Below, piece by piece: positions 45,927 to 46,986 of a DNA stretch of 46,986 bases. The notes beneath the pieces were generated by a model. That model was given only the letters and a program-made list of their open reading frames with translations. It had not been told where the DNA came from and did no database searches. The translations under genes and the position numbers were made by a program. Positions within the stretch are counted from its first letter, which is position 1; each line of letters starts with the position of its first letter. Origin of the DNA: Paraspadella gotoi (Eukaryota > Animalia > Chaetognatha); the NCBI GenBank assembly GCA_051294375.1, contig CM119267.1:2752447-2799432 (forward strand), written 5' to 3'.

Positions 45927-46020
45927 TCTTTCCACTCTAAAAAAAAACTCCGGATATCATTCTTTCCACTCTCAAAACCCCGGATGTCAATCATTCCACT
46001 CTAAAAAACTCCGGATGTCA
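45927..46020 (+). repeat. ~31-bp tandem repeat x3 (TTCCACTCTAAAAAACTCCGGATGTCA)
   Basis: Three consecutive copies; reverse complement matches the (A)CATCCGGG motifs at 26238-26326 and 12960-12997. Confidence 0.85.
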
Positions 46021-46366
46021 TTGCCCTCACAGAAAAGCGGCGAAGAATCGTACGAACGTGACTTTTCGTCGAAAGAATAAAACCAAAAATGTTTTGGGTT
46101 TTTTTTTTTCGTCAAAATCTTATCTGTTTCATTGTTGAGTCATCCATCTGGATTTTGGACTTGTTTGGCTTTGAATAATGAGTTGTTTTTTTTTAAATTG
46201 ACGATCAATTTGTTTATTTATTTTGACAGACTTACCACGACGGGAAAAATCAAGTATTTTTCGGCAAATTGCTCAACGGTTGTTTCCGATCTGTCAAAAA
46301 AAGTTTTAGGGAATAATTTAATTCTCTTAACAAATTATCAACGGTTCCTCTAAAATTCGGTTTCTA

Positions 46367-46759
46367 ACTCTCTCTCTCTCTCTCTCTCTCTCTNNNNNNN
46401 NNNNNNNNNNNNNNNNNNNNNNNNNNNNNNNNNNNNNNNNNNNNNNNNNNNNNNNNNNNNNNNNNNNNNNNNNNNNNNNNNNNNNNNNNNNNNNNNNNNN
46501 NNNNNNNNNNNNNNNNNNNNNNNNNNNNNNNNNNNNNNNNNNNNNNNNNNNNNNNNNNNNNNNNNNNNNNNNNNNNNNNNNNNNNNNNNNNNNNNNNNNN
46601 NNNNNNNNNNNNNNNNNNNNNNNNNNNNNNNNNNNNNNNNNNNAGAGAGAGAGAGAGATAGAGAGAGAGGCTTTAATGGATTTTAAACGCTCGGTTATTC
46701 TCATCAATTCATGAACCATGTTTTCATCTTGGTCATAACAAGAACGACAAAATGAGCGG

Positions 46760-46809
<50 letters not shown>
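46367..46809. repeat. (CT)n and (GA)n tracts around the 46394-46643 gap
   Basis: CT run enters the gap, GA run exits it; further GA run at 46763-46809. Confidence 0.9.
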
Positions 46810-46813
<4 letters not shown>

Positions 46814-46986
46814 AAAACAATTTTTTAAGTCTTATGCGTCGAATTTTTTTTATTATTTATTCTTAGGCGGAAATTTTTTTTGTTTTATTTTTCTTAGGAT
46901 ATGAATTTCTTTAGCAGAAACTTCGATAGGAAATTATAAACAAAACAAAACATTTTTGTTTACTTACTTTGCAGCTTCAAAAAAAA

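Overview
Draft-assembly eukaryotic DNA, probably from an invertebrate: AT-rich, CpG not obviously depleted, saturated with (GA)n, (GTC)n and (CCG)n microsatellites, and broken by 11 N-gaps. I see no prokaryotic-type genes, CRISPR array, rRNA or intact tRNA, and nearly all tracked ORFs are microsatellite or gap artefacts. Supportable content: (1) many simple repeats and at least eight unrelated minisatellites; (2) small interspersed elements: a ~400-bp MITE family with ~70-bp TIRs (4 pieces), two Helentron/HINE-like copies and a tRNA-derived SINE-like head; (3) a minus-strand spliced gene of unknown product at ~35.96-39.8 kb, where four exons join into one open frame of 229 aa plus stop; (4) frameshifted coding-like DNA at 28.4-33.1 kb whose motif order resembles the N-terminal part of Polinton/adintovirus-type pPolB proteins, split into two oppositely oriented pieces; (5) a cluster of RFX X-box motifs at 14.7-16.0 kb. 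Three of the four gaps that are exactly 25 N long are flanked by indel-rich duplicated sequence, as expected from long-read gap over-filling, so many frameshifts beyond ~17 kb may be sequencing error. All protein-family calls are by-eye and need HMM confirmation. I found no convincing new biological system; the best leads are the Polinton-like relic and the unidentified spliced gene.
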